64,000 nt of DNA from NCBI GenBank assembly GCA_021613535.1, contig CP075497.1, forward strand, positions 5,332,001-5,396,000. Direction: 5' to 3'. A model generated the notes under the pieces. It saw only the letters and a list, made by a program, of their open reading frames with translations, was not told where the DNA came from and ran no database searches. Position 1 is the stretch's first letter. Every line of letters begins with the position of its first letter. This DNA comes from Adineta vaga (Eukaryota; Animalia; Rotifera). The translations under genes were made by a program, and so were the position numbers. Shown piece after piece: positions 14,417 through 30,988 of the stretch.

Positions 14417-15956
14417 ATGTATACCTGTTCTTTATTAAATCTTCTTGTTTTACAAGTAACATTGATTTTTATTAATGTTTTTATGAGCGAATGTCAAGGT
14501 AAGGAAATTATTTTGGAGAGAAGAACAATGAGTTTTTCTATGACACTCTTATCTACTTTTTTCTATAGGGAAAAGAACATTTCCAGTAAATATTGACAAA
14601 AATTATTGCCGATTTATCGAAACATTATCATTTGGTTCAGATATTAGTATCAAATGTAACAGTACTTATTTAACCTTCAATGAAATAAATGTTCGTAGTA
14701 AATAAAAAAAAAGAATTTCCTTTGTTGATTTCGAATCGTTATATTTCTTTGACATTTAGAGTGAAACATCAAATTGGAAATTTGCTAATCAAACATCTAT
14801 CTGCAAACAAAAGGGTATCCAACAAGCAGAAATTAATCAATGTGGTGTCAAACGTTTTGGAGCTAATTATTTAAAAGTTCCTCTAGTAAATAAAAAACAA
14901 AAAGTTAAAACTTAAATAAAGATTTATTCTATTCTATTTGTGTTTAGCTATCATCACATCTTCGAGAAAAAGCTTGTATTTATTGTCGAATTGATGTAAG
15001 TTAAAAAATTCTATTTATAAGATCGTATTGATAGAATATATAAATTTAGTATAAACCCATTGCACCATTGATATCTGTAACTCAATCAGATCATCGTGAA
15101 ACTACTCTTTATACAATCAATATAACAGCGACTGGATTAGGTAAGTGATAATTTAATTTATGTTGATAAAAATTATATGACTTTTGTAAAGATTTACATG
15201 AATCATTTGAAATCGTTTGGGCTAAACGTGTTAATGATGAAATTCGTTATTCATACAATTACTGGTTCATATCAAAGTATGTAAGACATGATAAGCGTAT
15301 ATATATATATATTTCTTACATTCATTTTTATAGATGTATTCATCGTTCTATAAAAATTCTTGAAAATACTGGTCATACAATTCTATTTGCTATTGATGAT
15401 TCTCCACTAAGTCGAATTGAATTTATTCTTCGTCGTTGTCGTGGCGTATGATATTTCTTCGATATAATTTGTTTCATTAATTGTATTTCATTTAGTCATG
15501 TCGAACTTATGATAAATGTGATGACGATGATTTTAATAATGAAGTTAATCTGAATTATGGAAAAATTCCTGATTCAATTGAAAAGTTAAGCTGTGATTTT
15601 GATTGTTTGGCTGGTTCAATTTCCACGCCTTTGTCCACTGAAACTAGCGTAAAAAATATCTCTCATGAAATAAAATACAATAGTTCTTATTCAACAAATT
15701 TATCTTCAAAAATATCCTCAACGAACTATACACCGTCCAATGAAGAATCGAAAATTATTGTTATAACTATTTTAAGTATAGGTGGATTATTGCTAACAAT
15801 ACCACTGGTTATATTTCTTATTTATATAATTTGTAAAAGAAAAGGTAAATGAATTGTTTGAAAAGAAAAGAAAACTTGACTGTTTTTCTTTTGTCTTTTC
15901 TAGAAAAACATATGTATGCAAAAACAAGTAATAATGATCCAGATGGACAGAAGTGA
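14417..15956 (+). CDS. Orphan type I membrane protein (signal peptide, Cys-containing ectodomain, Ser/Thr stalk, TM, short tail)
   Basis: MYTCSLLNLLVLQVTLIFINVFMSECQ signal; about nine small exons joined by GT-AG introns; TM IIVITILSIGGLLLTIPLVIFLIYII; tail KRKEKHMYAKTSNNDPDGQK*. Confidence 0.65.
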
Positions 15957-17599
15957 AATGAAAGATTTTCATTAATACACACTTTTCTCAATTCCTCTTT
16001 ATTTGTCAGATGTTATTCTGTTCTATTTTTGTTTCTTGATTGGATTCTGTCATCGGATGAAGAACATATGTTTATGACATAATAGACGAGAATAGATATA
16101 TTTCAAGTTTTTTTTCGTTAGTTATTTATTTTAAACATATGTATATTTGTTAATATCCGGTGAAATATTGAATTTACTTTCTGATTTCAAACTCCGTGTG
16201 TGTGTGTGTGTACAAGAAATATTCATATTATATAAAGAAAAGAACTATTTCATCTGAATCATTCTCTTGTTTTGTTTATTTCAGATACTTTTTCATGTCT
16301 GATTGATATAAAGAATGATAGATAGGATTAAATAACGAACATGACAACATTTGATCGACATTAAAATTATGTGTCGAAGGAACATAGATATAAGATATAT
16401 ATATCACGTATTTTTCTCTTTTCTTTACCAAATCTAACTATATAGAGTCGGGATTTAAAGTTAAAAGTAGACGTATGAAAGAAAATCTTTATATATAATT
16501 TTCAAAAAGTCTTTTGTTTCTTATTTTAATCTAATAAAAGACAAGTAGTTTGTTGAATACGATCCAATAAATGTAAAGAACTACTAAATAATGATTAGTA
16601 AATATACTTGAAGAAGAAAAGTACCTTTTGAGTTATTTACAGGAAGATAAATAAAAATTAATGTAAAGTGCTTCCAAAAAAAGTTCAAGAAATAGAAAGG
16701 AGGTTCTAATGGTATTAAGAATGAAGAAACAAGTAGTTCGTTGAGCCTTTTTTTCTTCTTCTTGTTCTGCTGCTCTTTTCCTCATTGTTTGATTATAAAC
16801 GACAGTTTTCTTCGTTTTTTTCTCTCTTGTTGTCGTGTTACATCAAATAATATATGTCGAAGCACATAAACCGGGATTTTTATTCTATCGTCGTCGTTGC
16901 TTTCGACGATTTTTCTTCTTCTTTTTCTTTTCCTTCTTTTATTTCGCCTACATATTTTCTATCTTTTTTTTTCTCTTTCTAAACTATGTCATTGTTGCGT
17001 TTGTATCTCAATGAGCAGACGATGCTGCCATTGATGACATCGTTTTTTTCCTTTTTTTCTTAGTTTTTATCATTCATCTTTGTAGATCATCCTAGCTAGT
17101 TTTCAATTGTTGATAAACATGAAAGAGGTACAGGAGAACAATAGATCATGGCGATAATAAAGAGCTGTCAACGTGAATACATTTTCATTTGACAACTATG
17201 TATTAACATACCCTATGTCGTACTTTTTAAAATAAATGAAGGTAATAAACAGTTGTCAGATAGGTTTTTATATAAAAATATTTCTATTCGGAAACATCAC
17301 GTTCTATTAAATACCTTGAAATTATCTGGTTTTGATAGATAAGAGCGAGAAAGATGTTTCAAAATTTGTCGGATGAAATTTAATCATGAGGCATGCCTGT
17401 GTGAGCAATTATTTGACTTGTTAATGTTAGAAATTCTTTTGTTTTTTCTAGATGACTTTTACGTAGTAGAAGATATCAGTAGAAAATCAATATTATTCAT
17501 TTTATTTTGTTAAACATTCTTATCAGGTAATCCGATTAAAAAAAACCGAAAACTTAATGAATCGTTAAATTCAATCTATTTAATTAGATTTGATTGAAA

Positions 17600-21478
<3,879 letters not shown>

Positions 21479-21926
21479 AAATCAAATCTTGTGCATTATC
21501 AAACCATCGAATGAAGACAATATATGTCAGTCAGATTGATGTCGAATTTCTTTTTCTTTTCATGTGTGAATGTGTGCTTTCGGTCTGAATTCGTCCTGTG
21601 TTTGTCATTCTAACCCGTTTGTTTTTAATTTTGAAATGTTGATTAAGTGATGTCTGAAAAATCAATGATCTATACATATTTATTTGTTTGTTTGTTTTTT
21701 TCACTTTTCTTCGTTTCGTCAAAAATTCTCATTTTTTGAATATTGTGCAATATTATTACAGAGCACATTGAGTTTCTTTTTTATTGCAATTGTTAATGTG
21801 CATTCGAAAAATACCTTTGTATATAATGCTTCTTCTTTGCATTAATTTTCTTTTCTTTTTTTGTTTTGTTTTGTTTTATTGATGTTTTCATTTTGATACA
21901 CAAAAGACTTCTAAACAATATTTGCG

Positions 21927-21950
21927 TACATATATATATATATATATATA
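21927..21950. repeat. (AT)n microsatellite
   Basis: tatatatata run just upstream of the ASTE1 start. Confidence 0.8.
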
Positions 21951-21990
21951 AATACATATGTCTTTAACTTTATGTATGTTTTATCTAAAG

Positions 21991-24094
21991 ATGGGTATCA
22001 AAGGTTTTCAGACATTTATTGAACAAAAATTAGGTTTATTAAATGCAATTGAATTACACAATTGTAATGTTTTATTTGATGGAAATTCAATATATCATCA
22101 GATGTATAAAGAATGTCATTTGACATGTTTATTTGGTGGTGAATATGATAAATTTTATTTATATTGTAAACAATTATTTGAATCATTTCGTCTTTGTCAA
22201 ATCAAGTATGTTTCTTATTTTGATTTTCTTATAAAACAATTTCTTCTTATCTATTCAAGTGTTATTGTTGTTTTCGATGGTGCAAGACTTGATGATAGAA
22301 AATTAGCAACTACACTTGAACGTTCAAAAAAACGTATCGATTATTCGACAAAATTAAGTGTTAATATCGATTTAAGTCCATTGTTATTACGACAAACATT
22401 TCTTAATGTTCTCGATGAAATGAATATTCCATATATCTCTGCATTGGGTGAAGGTGATGATGAATGTGTTTCATTAGCAAATCATTTGAATTGTTATTTA
22501 ATTGCACGTGACAGTGATTATTATTGTTATAATCTTTATCAAGGTTATGTACCATTTGATTATGTTGATATCAATCCAATTGAAAAAGATTCCTATCACT
22601 ATTTATCTGCTCAATTATTTACAATTGATTCATTACTAAATCAATTTCCTGGATTAAATCCTTCAACACTTTCACTTGCTTGTTGTTTATGTGGAAATGA
22701 TTATATTGCTACACATGTTGTACAAACAATTTTCAATCATATCATGGAAACTGTAACCAAAGGAATGAATAAGAGATCGAAGAAAACAGTTCGAACAACA
22801 CATTGGTATGCTATGCAATGGATGAAACAATTTGATGACATTGAAATTGCTTTAGAAAAATCATTAGAACCAATTAAAACTACAGGAGAAAAGATAAAAA
22901 TTGAAAATAAACTACGATCAGCATTGCAGTCGTATTTGAATCCAAGTGATACATTAATCTATCGTTTTGCTTCATTGACGAATGAACATCTCTTAAAAAA
23001 TTCATATTTTGTTGATTTAGCTCGTGAATATCTACAAATATTTCATATGGTAGTGAATCTATTATAACAATTTCTTTTCTATTAAATTATCGTGCTTTCT
23101 TTTCGTTTAGAATGATGAAGAAATTCGTAATAAAATCAATGAAGATTCATTACAAATAAAAAGTAAAAGTAATCATTCTTTGCCAACATATTTATTCGAT
23201 GCGTTAACAGATCTTCGTCTATCGGAATCCTTTATTGAAATTTTGATTCATCGTCGATTGATTTGTTCAGCAATGGTTGAATTAGAACAAGAAGCATCGA
23301 TTCATGTTGATGCTATTCCAATTATTTTACCTTGTATTGCAATTTTACTCAAATGGGACGATGAACAAGATGATCAATCAATTGTGATCTATCATCGAGT
23401 AGTAAAACAATTGAGAGCATGTAAATATTCTCCTGGTGAAGATGATGAAATAATGAATCTCAATCAATTGAATTCTCTATCAAGTTTGAAACGTGAAAAA
23501 CTTGTTTGTAAATGTTTGAATATTTCATTTATTCCACAAAAAGAATATGCACATATTCACTCAGATTATTATCTTTGGTTAATGAGTATTCATTATTGGT
23601 ATTCCATTCGACAATTAAAACCTGTTTATCTCTATGGAATCATCATTTCATTTGTAAAATCCATTTGTTTGATTAATGATGATACATATGAAAAAGAAGA
23701 TATCGATTCATTATCCTTATCAATCAATGATAAACGTAATTATACTCAAATTGAACCAGAAACACGTCGAACAATTTTACTAAAATTAAAGCAAATGAGA
23801 AAAAAAGTTTTTGATCTGAATAAATTTGATTGTAGTATTATTCATGAATTTAATTGTTTACAAACAATCTATGTGAATACATTGAAAGTAAATGAATTCT
23901 TCAATCGACCGTTTCAATATCAAATACCTGCATATCGATTTCTAATTGGTTCATTCTTTTATGCATTTGTTGAACATTATGAAACAAAACAGAATGTAAA
24001 TGAAGCCATAGCTGTACTCTTTCAAAAAGAATCCAAACTTTTGAATCTTATCAATAAGTTATATACTACCATTTCATCTGATATTGATTTTTAG
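21991..24094 (+). CDS. ASTE1: Asteroid homolog (XPG/FEN-like PIN-domain nuclease, ASTE1/FAM120 group)
   Basis: MGIKGFQTFI, FDGNS, FGGEYD, VFDGA, GEGDDEC, ARDSDYY, CGNDY acidic motifs; C-terminal HEFNCLQ region. Three exons. Confidence 0.82.
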
Positions 24095-24221
24095 GTGTTA
24101 TATTATCAATATCACATGACTAGTTTGTTTTTACCGCTTGACATAAATGATAATAAAATTTCTATGTCGAACATTCGTTGAAAATAGACATAATGTTTTG
24201 TTATTGTGTTTTTTTTTCTAG

Positions 24222-25460
24222 ATGAATCATCAATCAACTAGTGATAATTCACTTGATAATTTCTGTTCTGAAGAAGTATTAAATTTAGCAACTAATTATA
24301 TTGATGAAGCAATAGCAAATGCTTTACATTCGTTAACACGTATTTTCTCTTCACCATGTATTTCACTTACATCACCAACTTCATCATCATCCTTACCATC
24401 GTTATCCTTTCGAAATTCATCTATTTCAACACCAAATCGTTCACTTCAGCCACATATTTCTATTCGATGTCGATCATCGAGTCGACATAATCGACGTGAA
24501 AGAAATGTATCTTTGCATCATACAAATCCACGTTGTTCATTACCAGCAACTAAAAATGATTTTGTTCAATATGAATCGCATTTATTTTCATCGAAAAAAC
24601 GAACTCAAGCACGTTGTCGATCATCTCATAATGTGACTTGTAATCGTTCATTTGATATTCAATATTCATTCAGTTTAAATAAACCATGGTTAACTAAAAT
24701 TGATAAACAACGACATCATTTATTAAGTATTCAAAATTTTTCTAATGAATTAATTGAACAATCGATTCGAGCTGCTCTTATTCAGGTTATTTCATATACA
24801 GATTTCATTCATTGTAAAATTCGTTTTGTTTTTATTAGATTGATTATCAAAATCTAACAGATGATAGTACATCTATCTATGAAGATGATACATCTTGTCT
24901 TCTTTTTGATTGTTCACCTTCTTACATCCCAATTGAACGTTTTCAACTTGTGACATCATATGCTGATCAATTAGTTCATACAATTATTCAACAATCCATA
25001 GAAGAAATCTCATTTTCCACTGATGATATTATTGAACATTTATCAGATCGTCTTGTTGAGAATGCTGTTAATGATGCTCTATTAGTTTTAACTGGTGATG
25101 AATTCTATTCGCAATCTCTTTTAACTGATGATGAAAAACAGTCAAGAAAAACGAAAAAACGTTCAATAGGAACTGTTCGTTTAAGTAATAATGAAAATAG
25201 TGAATCTCAAACAAATTATTATCATCAAATACGACATCGTTCATCATCAGCATTTCGTTCGTTAACTAATAATTCATCTTCTTCTTCTTCTTCTTCTCAA
25301 CAGGAAACAGTTGATTCAATTGTACATAATTTAACTCAACAAATCTATATAGATTCATTCGATGAACTACGACGGTAAATATCTTATATAAGAAAAAGAA
25401 AGAATGTACAATCAAAATTTCATTTCTTTTAGAATATTATCGAAAAACAACAATGAATAA
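24222..25460 (+). CDS. Orphan Ser-rich protein with repeated AKAP-like amphipathic helices
   Basis: Three exons (24222-24786, ~24839-25374, 25431-25460); helices such as IEHLSDRLVENAVNDALLVL and VTSYADQLVHTIIQQSIEEI. Confidence 0.7.
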
Positions 25461-25621
25461 ATTCTTTTCTCTTTTCTTCTACTGATAATCATTTGCAAGA
25501 TTTTTCTCTCGACTTACTTTTGTTCATGTTTGTGCATTATCGAATTTTTCTTCCAATCTTTGATTATCAGTCAGATTTCTCTCGTTATTTATTTTTGCAA
25601 TTCGTTCTATATAGAAAAACA

Positions 25622-28615
25622 ATGCAATATTTTTTAGATATGCATTTTCTCTGGGCTATAGGTGCTCGTTCTTCTTCATCAAATCGTTTTCTTTTGCTCA
25701 AACGATTTCAATCAACACAGACAACTGCAAAAAATACGAAATCAATTTTCACCTATGGAAAAAATGGACATTATTTTCGTGATCAAATTGATCCATCGGA
25801 ATCTGTAAGGAGTCTTTCACACTGATGATATATGAGTAATTTCGAAAGGATATTTCGTCTCTAGAAATTCTCCAAGATCTTAATTGCCAATCGAGGTGAA
25901 ATTGCTTGTCGTGTTATTCGAACATGTAAAGAAATGGGTATTAAAACAGTAGCTGTTCACAGTGATGTTGATTCAAATTCAGTATGTATTCGAAGAAATA
26001 GAATGTATGTGTTTTTGATTGTTTTTGGTTGATAGTTATTCGTTAAAATGGCTGATGAAGCTGTTTGTATTGGACCTGCTCCGACGAAATTAAGTTATCT
26101 TAATGAAGATGTTATATTGGATGCTGTTAAAAAGACTGGTGCAGAAGCTGTTCATCCAGGTTATGGTTTTCTTTCGGAAAATACGAAATTTGCTAAGAAA
26201 CTCGTAAGAAATATTTCGTTTATGAGAATGAAAAACAATTTATTCATATCAATTTAGGCCGATCATGACGTGGAGTTTATTGGCCCATCGAGTAAATCTA
26301 TTGAAGCTATGGGAGATAAAATTCATAGTAAAGTCATTGCACGAAAAGCGAATATTTCAATGATACCTGGTTATGATGGAGAAGTTAAAGATGAAGAGGA
26401 ATGTGTTCGTGTTAGTAATGATATCGGTAAGTTTAGTGAATTTTGTTTTTGAAAAGATAAAAAATTGTATTGGTTTCATTTCAGGCTATCCAGTGATGAT
26501 AAAAGCATCAGCCGGTGGTGGTGGTAAAGGAATGCGTGTAGCATGGAATGATAAAGAAGCTCGTGAAAATTTTCGATTGTGTAAAGGTGAAGCAGCATCA
26601 AGTTTTGGTGATGATCGAATGCTTGTAGAAAAATTCATTGACAATCCTCGTCATATCGAATTTCAAGTTTGTTTTTATGAAATTGATAGATTCGTTTTTA
26701 AAAGCACAAGAATGATATGTAGATTCTAGGAGATAAACATGGAAATATTCTTTATTTGAATGAACGTGAATGTTCAATTCAAAGACGAAATCAAAAAGTT
26801 ATTGAAGAAGCACCAAGTGTCTTTCTCGATCCCGAAACACGACGAAAAATGGGTGAAGAAGCTGTTCAATTAGCTCATGCTGTTGGCTATTATTCGGCTG
26901 GTAAGAAAAATCAAAATATAACAAAGGATTGTTCTTCTTTCAACGAAAGAAATTATTGTATAGGTACTGTGGAATTTATGGTGGATTCAAAACGTAATTT
27001 TTATTTTCTTGAAATGAATACTCGACTTCAAGTAAGTGAGATTTATGTTTAATCATATTGTATTATTTCGAGTATTTTAAGGTTGAACATCCTATCACTG
27101 AAGCGACTACTGGTGTTGATCTCGTTCATCAAATGATTCGAGTTGCTAAAGGTTGCATCTTTTCAAGTATAAGATTTTTTTATTAGTAAGAATTTTTCTT
27201 TCTAGGTCATAAGTTAAAATTCAAACAAGAAGATATTGGTATTAAAGGTTGGGCTGTCGAATGTCGTGTCTATGCTGAAGATCCCTATAAATCTTTCGGT
27301 CTTCCTTCAATCGGTCGTTTAACATCATATAAAGATCCCAGTGATATTCCAAATGTTCGTTGCGATAGTGGTATAACGGAAGGTAGTGAAATTAGTTTAT
27401 ACTATGATCCATTGATTTGCAAAGTAAGATATTCAAATTCATTGTCAATCGATATATAATTTCTTTCTATGAAATAGTTAACCACTTTTGGAAATGATCG
27501 TAAAGCAGCATTAACAACAATGGCTGAAGCATTAGATTCATATGTTATTCGCGGTAAGAAAGATCTTTTTTTTTCTTATGCAAACAGAAAAAATCTACTT
27601 TTGCTTTCTTCTCTAAAGGTGTTACAAATAACATTCCGTTGTTACGAGATATTATTACTGAAGAACGTTTTGTTAAAGGAGATATTACTACTAAATATTT
27701 ACCTCAAGTATATCCTGAAGGATTTAAAGGCAAACAATTGAAAGAGCCAGAACAAAATAGTTTAGTAGCTTTAGCTGCATGTGTTGCTGCTAAGAGTGCT
27801 ATTCGAGAGAGTTCATTCAAAAACCAACAGCCATCGAACGTTCCGACAACAAAAAATTATGTATTTGAAGTCAAATTAAATGATTTCAAACGTACAATTT
27901 CTGTAACACCAACAGAAAAAAATGGAGTTAAACAATTTGAAGTTCGTAATTTTCTCAATTCGAATGCAAATTGATATGAACTTTCAAGTTTTTCTTTTCA
28001 ATAGGTTGAAATCGAGGGTAAACAAAAAATAACAATCAATGATAATTTCAAATTAGGTGATCATGTTCTTCATACTAACTTCAATGGTCAACCATCTACA
28101 ATGCAAGTTAGTAAAAACAAATTTAAATTGCATAAAGACTTTTCTTAATCATATATTGTTATTTAGTTATATAAAATTGATGCAACAGGAAAAGTTACTT
28201 TGATTTATCTTGGAACTAAAGTAAATTTGTTGTTATCAACAAGTTCCTATCTAATAAATCTGATATTTAGTATGATCTCCGTGTTTTACCCGAACGTGCT
28301 GCAAAATATATGCCAGTTATGCCAGCCAAGAAACAGATTGATCATGCTTCTGTTCTGATTTCACCAATGCCTGGTATTGTTAAATCCGTTAGTGTTACAG
28401 TTGGTCAACGTGTAGCTGATGGTCAAGAAGTTTGTGTAGTTGAAGCAATGAAAATGCAAAATAAATTAATTGCTGGACGAGCAGGAGTGGTTAGTTGATT
28501 TTTTCGTTGGAATTTTGTATTCTATATACAAATCTCTATTTTTCAGGTTAAATTTGTTGGTATTAAAGAAGGCGAAACAGTTGAAGATGGAAAAATATTG
28601 ATTGAACTTGAATGA
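25622..28615 (+). CDS. PCCA: Propionyl-CoA carboxylase alpha chain, mitochondrial
   Basis: [76 protein letters not shown], biotinylation motif EAMKMQN. Start may be 25622 or 25640. Confidence 0.95.
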
Positions 28616-29258
28616 TCAAAACCATCACCGAAACATATGTCCTCACAGAAAACATTTTTCCAGTTATAGCGAACTTTTTTTTTCAATTACTTCTGATTGT
28701 ATCACTATGAACGTATATTAGAATATATTCATTGATGCGTTTTGAACTTCATTTAAAAATATAAATCGGATGTTATAATAGCTAAACACTGGACTACATA
28801 CACTTCGTGTACGTAGTAAAAACTTCTGTTAATATTCACACTATCGAACCAAGTGTTGAGCTTTTTGTTGAAATTTGAAACTATTACTCATTATGTCTCA
28901 TCGATAACTATTGTGCAATTGAATGAATATAGTACATACAATACAAACGATACGGGTGTTGCTTAACCAATAGATGACGCTGGTGTTTTTTTTCGTTAGA
29001 TTATCTTTTCAATATTGAATAAAAAGTATTAAAATGATAAGAAAAATATTATTCTGATTTAATATATTAAGCAGCAGTGACCTGTAGCGGTAAATGTAAA
29101 TGTTCGATTAGTCGGAACATTATGATAATGACTCATCAATTCTCATTAGCTTTTTCTCATATTCAATTCCGTCCTATATATCTGTTTCGAATTTGTTCCG
29201 TTTGCTTGCTTTTTTTTAGCTAGAGGAAGTTCTATTCTCTTGTTCAATTACTTTTCAA

Positions 29259-30567
29259 ATGGTTGTAAAATGGTTAACCGCTCTAGGAATTACTGGTGTC
29301 ATTTTTGCGTTAAGTGTTCATCAGATACCGGAAGGGCATGTTGGAATATATTACAGGCAAATAAAATTGTTCTTTTATTCATTACATACTAATTATTCAT
29401 GTGTCTCTATTATTGTCTTTTTTAGAGGAGGAGCTCTCCTTACCTCGCTTACTGCACCCGGTTTTCATGTGATGACGCCATTTTTAACAAGTGTTAAAAT
29501 TGTTCAAACAACGTTACAAACCGATGAAGGTATCACTTATTGCTATATTCATTAAACTCTTCTTTTCCATTAATTTCTTTGTTTTTTTATTCAGTAAAAA
29601 ATATTCCTTGTGGTACAAGTGGTGGAACAATGATTTACTTCGAAAAAGTCGAAGTTGTCAATATATTAAATCGTGAAGCAGTTATAGAAATCGTACGAAA
29701 TTATACAGTGAATTATGATCGAACATTAATCTTTGATAAAATTCATCATGAAGTTAATCAATTTTGTTCGGTAAAAATTCGAAACGAAATAATTGTATTC
29801 TTCTACTAATGAATTCTTATAGGTACATACACTTCAAGAAGTTTATATTGATTTATTTTCAAGTATTGATGAACATTTAAAACGTACATTACAATATGAT
29901 TTAAATATATTAGCACCTGGTCTTTATGTTAGTTCAATTCGAGGTAAATTTATAAGTTTAAATTTTTTTTTCGTAGATCAAGACTGACTACAGAGAATAA
30001 CTTAGACAAATGTTAATTCTTTAGTCTTGTGAGATTAGGTATGATTGTAATGTACTGATTATTTATTTTAAGTGACAAAACCAAAGATTCCTGAAGCTAT
30101 TCGTCGTAATTATGAAACCATGGAACAAGAAAAAACTCAGTAAGTTTCTTAGATTTTATCAGATTCAATCGATTAAGAATTCTTTTCTTAGATATATGGT
30201 AACAACTGCTCATCAAAGAGTAGTTGAAAAAGAAGGTGAAACAGATCGTCATCGTGCTGTTATTGAAGCTGAAAAGATCGCTCAAGTAGCTAGAATTCAC
30301 TATGAACAAAAAATTCTTGGAAAAGAAAGTGAAAAACGTATTGCAGAAATCGAATCTGAAATGCATTTAGCACGAGAACGTTCATTAGCTGATGCTAATA
30401 AATATAAAAGTGATACAGAAGCTGAATCAAATAAATTAAAACTAACACCTGAATATCTCAAATTATCAATGTATCAATCATTAGCACGAAATACAAAAAT
30501 TTATTTTGGAAACTCAATTCCAAAGATCTTTATGACTGCAAATGAAATATTGCATGACGAAAAATAA
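29259..30567 (+). CDS. ERLIN: Erlin (SPFH-domain ER lipid-raft protein)
   Basis: [82 protein letters not shown]. Confidence 0.95.
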
Positions 30568-30988
30568 TCTTCTTCTTCTTCTTTTTTCATAACCTGTGAT
30601 AAAATAATCTATCCATGCATTTTTTTGTTGATGTTCTGAACTATAGACATAACTTCTTTCTATATCTTTTATTTCTTATTCTAGATGTAATTTAACGTAC
30701 TCAAGAAATCAATTCAATCATAAGTAAGTACAATGAATCATCAGATGACTTTTAAAATTTCGATAAATATACGCACATGTCAGTATACAATCGATGATAA
30801 CCGGTGTGCATCGATGTTGATCTGTTATCATCTCATATTTCTTCGTATGTTCTGTTTTGCCATTTCGTTTGTCTTTAATGATGAAAGAGAGAGAGACACA
30901 CAGAAAAAAAACCAAGTTGATTATATAATCGAAATGTATGTATAAATGTTTCTTAAACATTCAAACATAAAAATAATAAAACAAAGTC

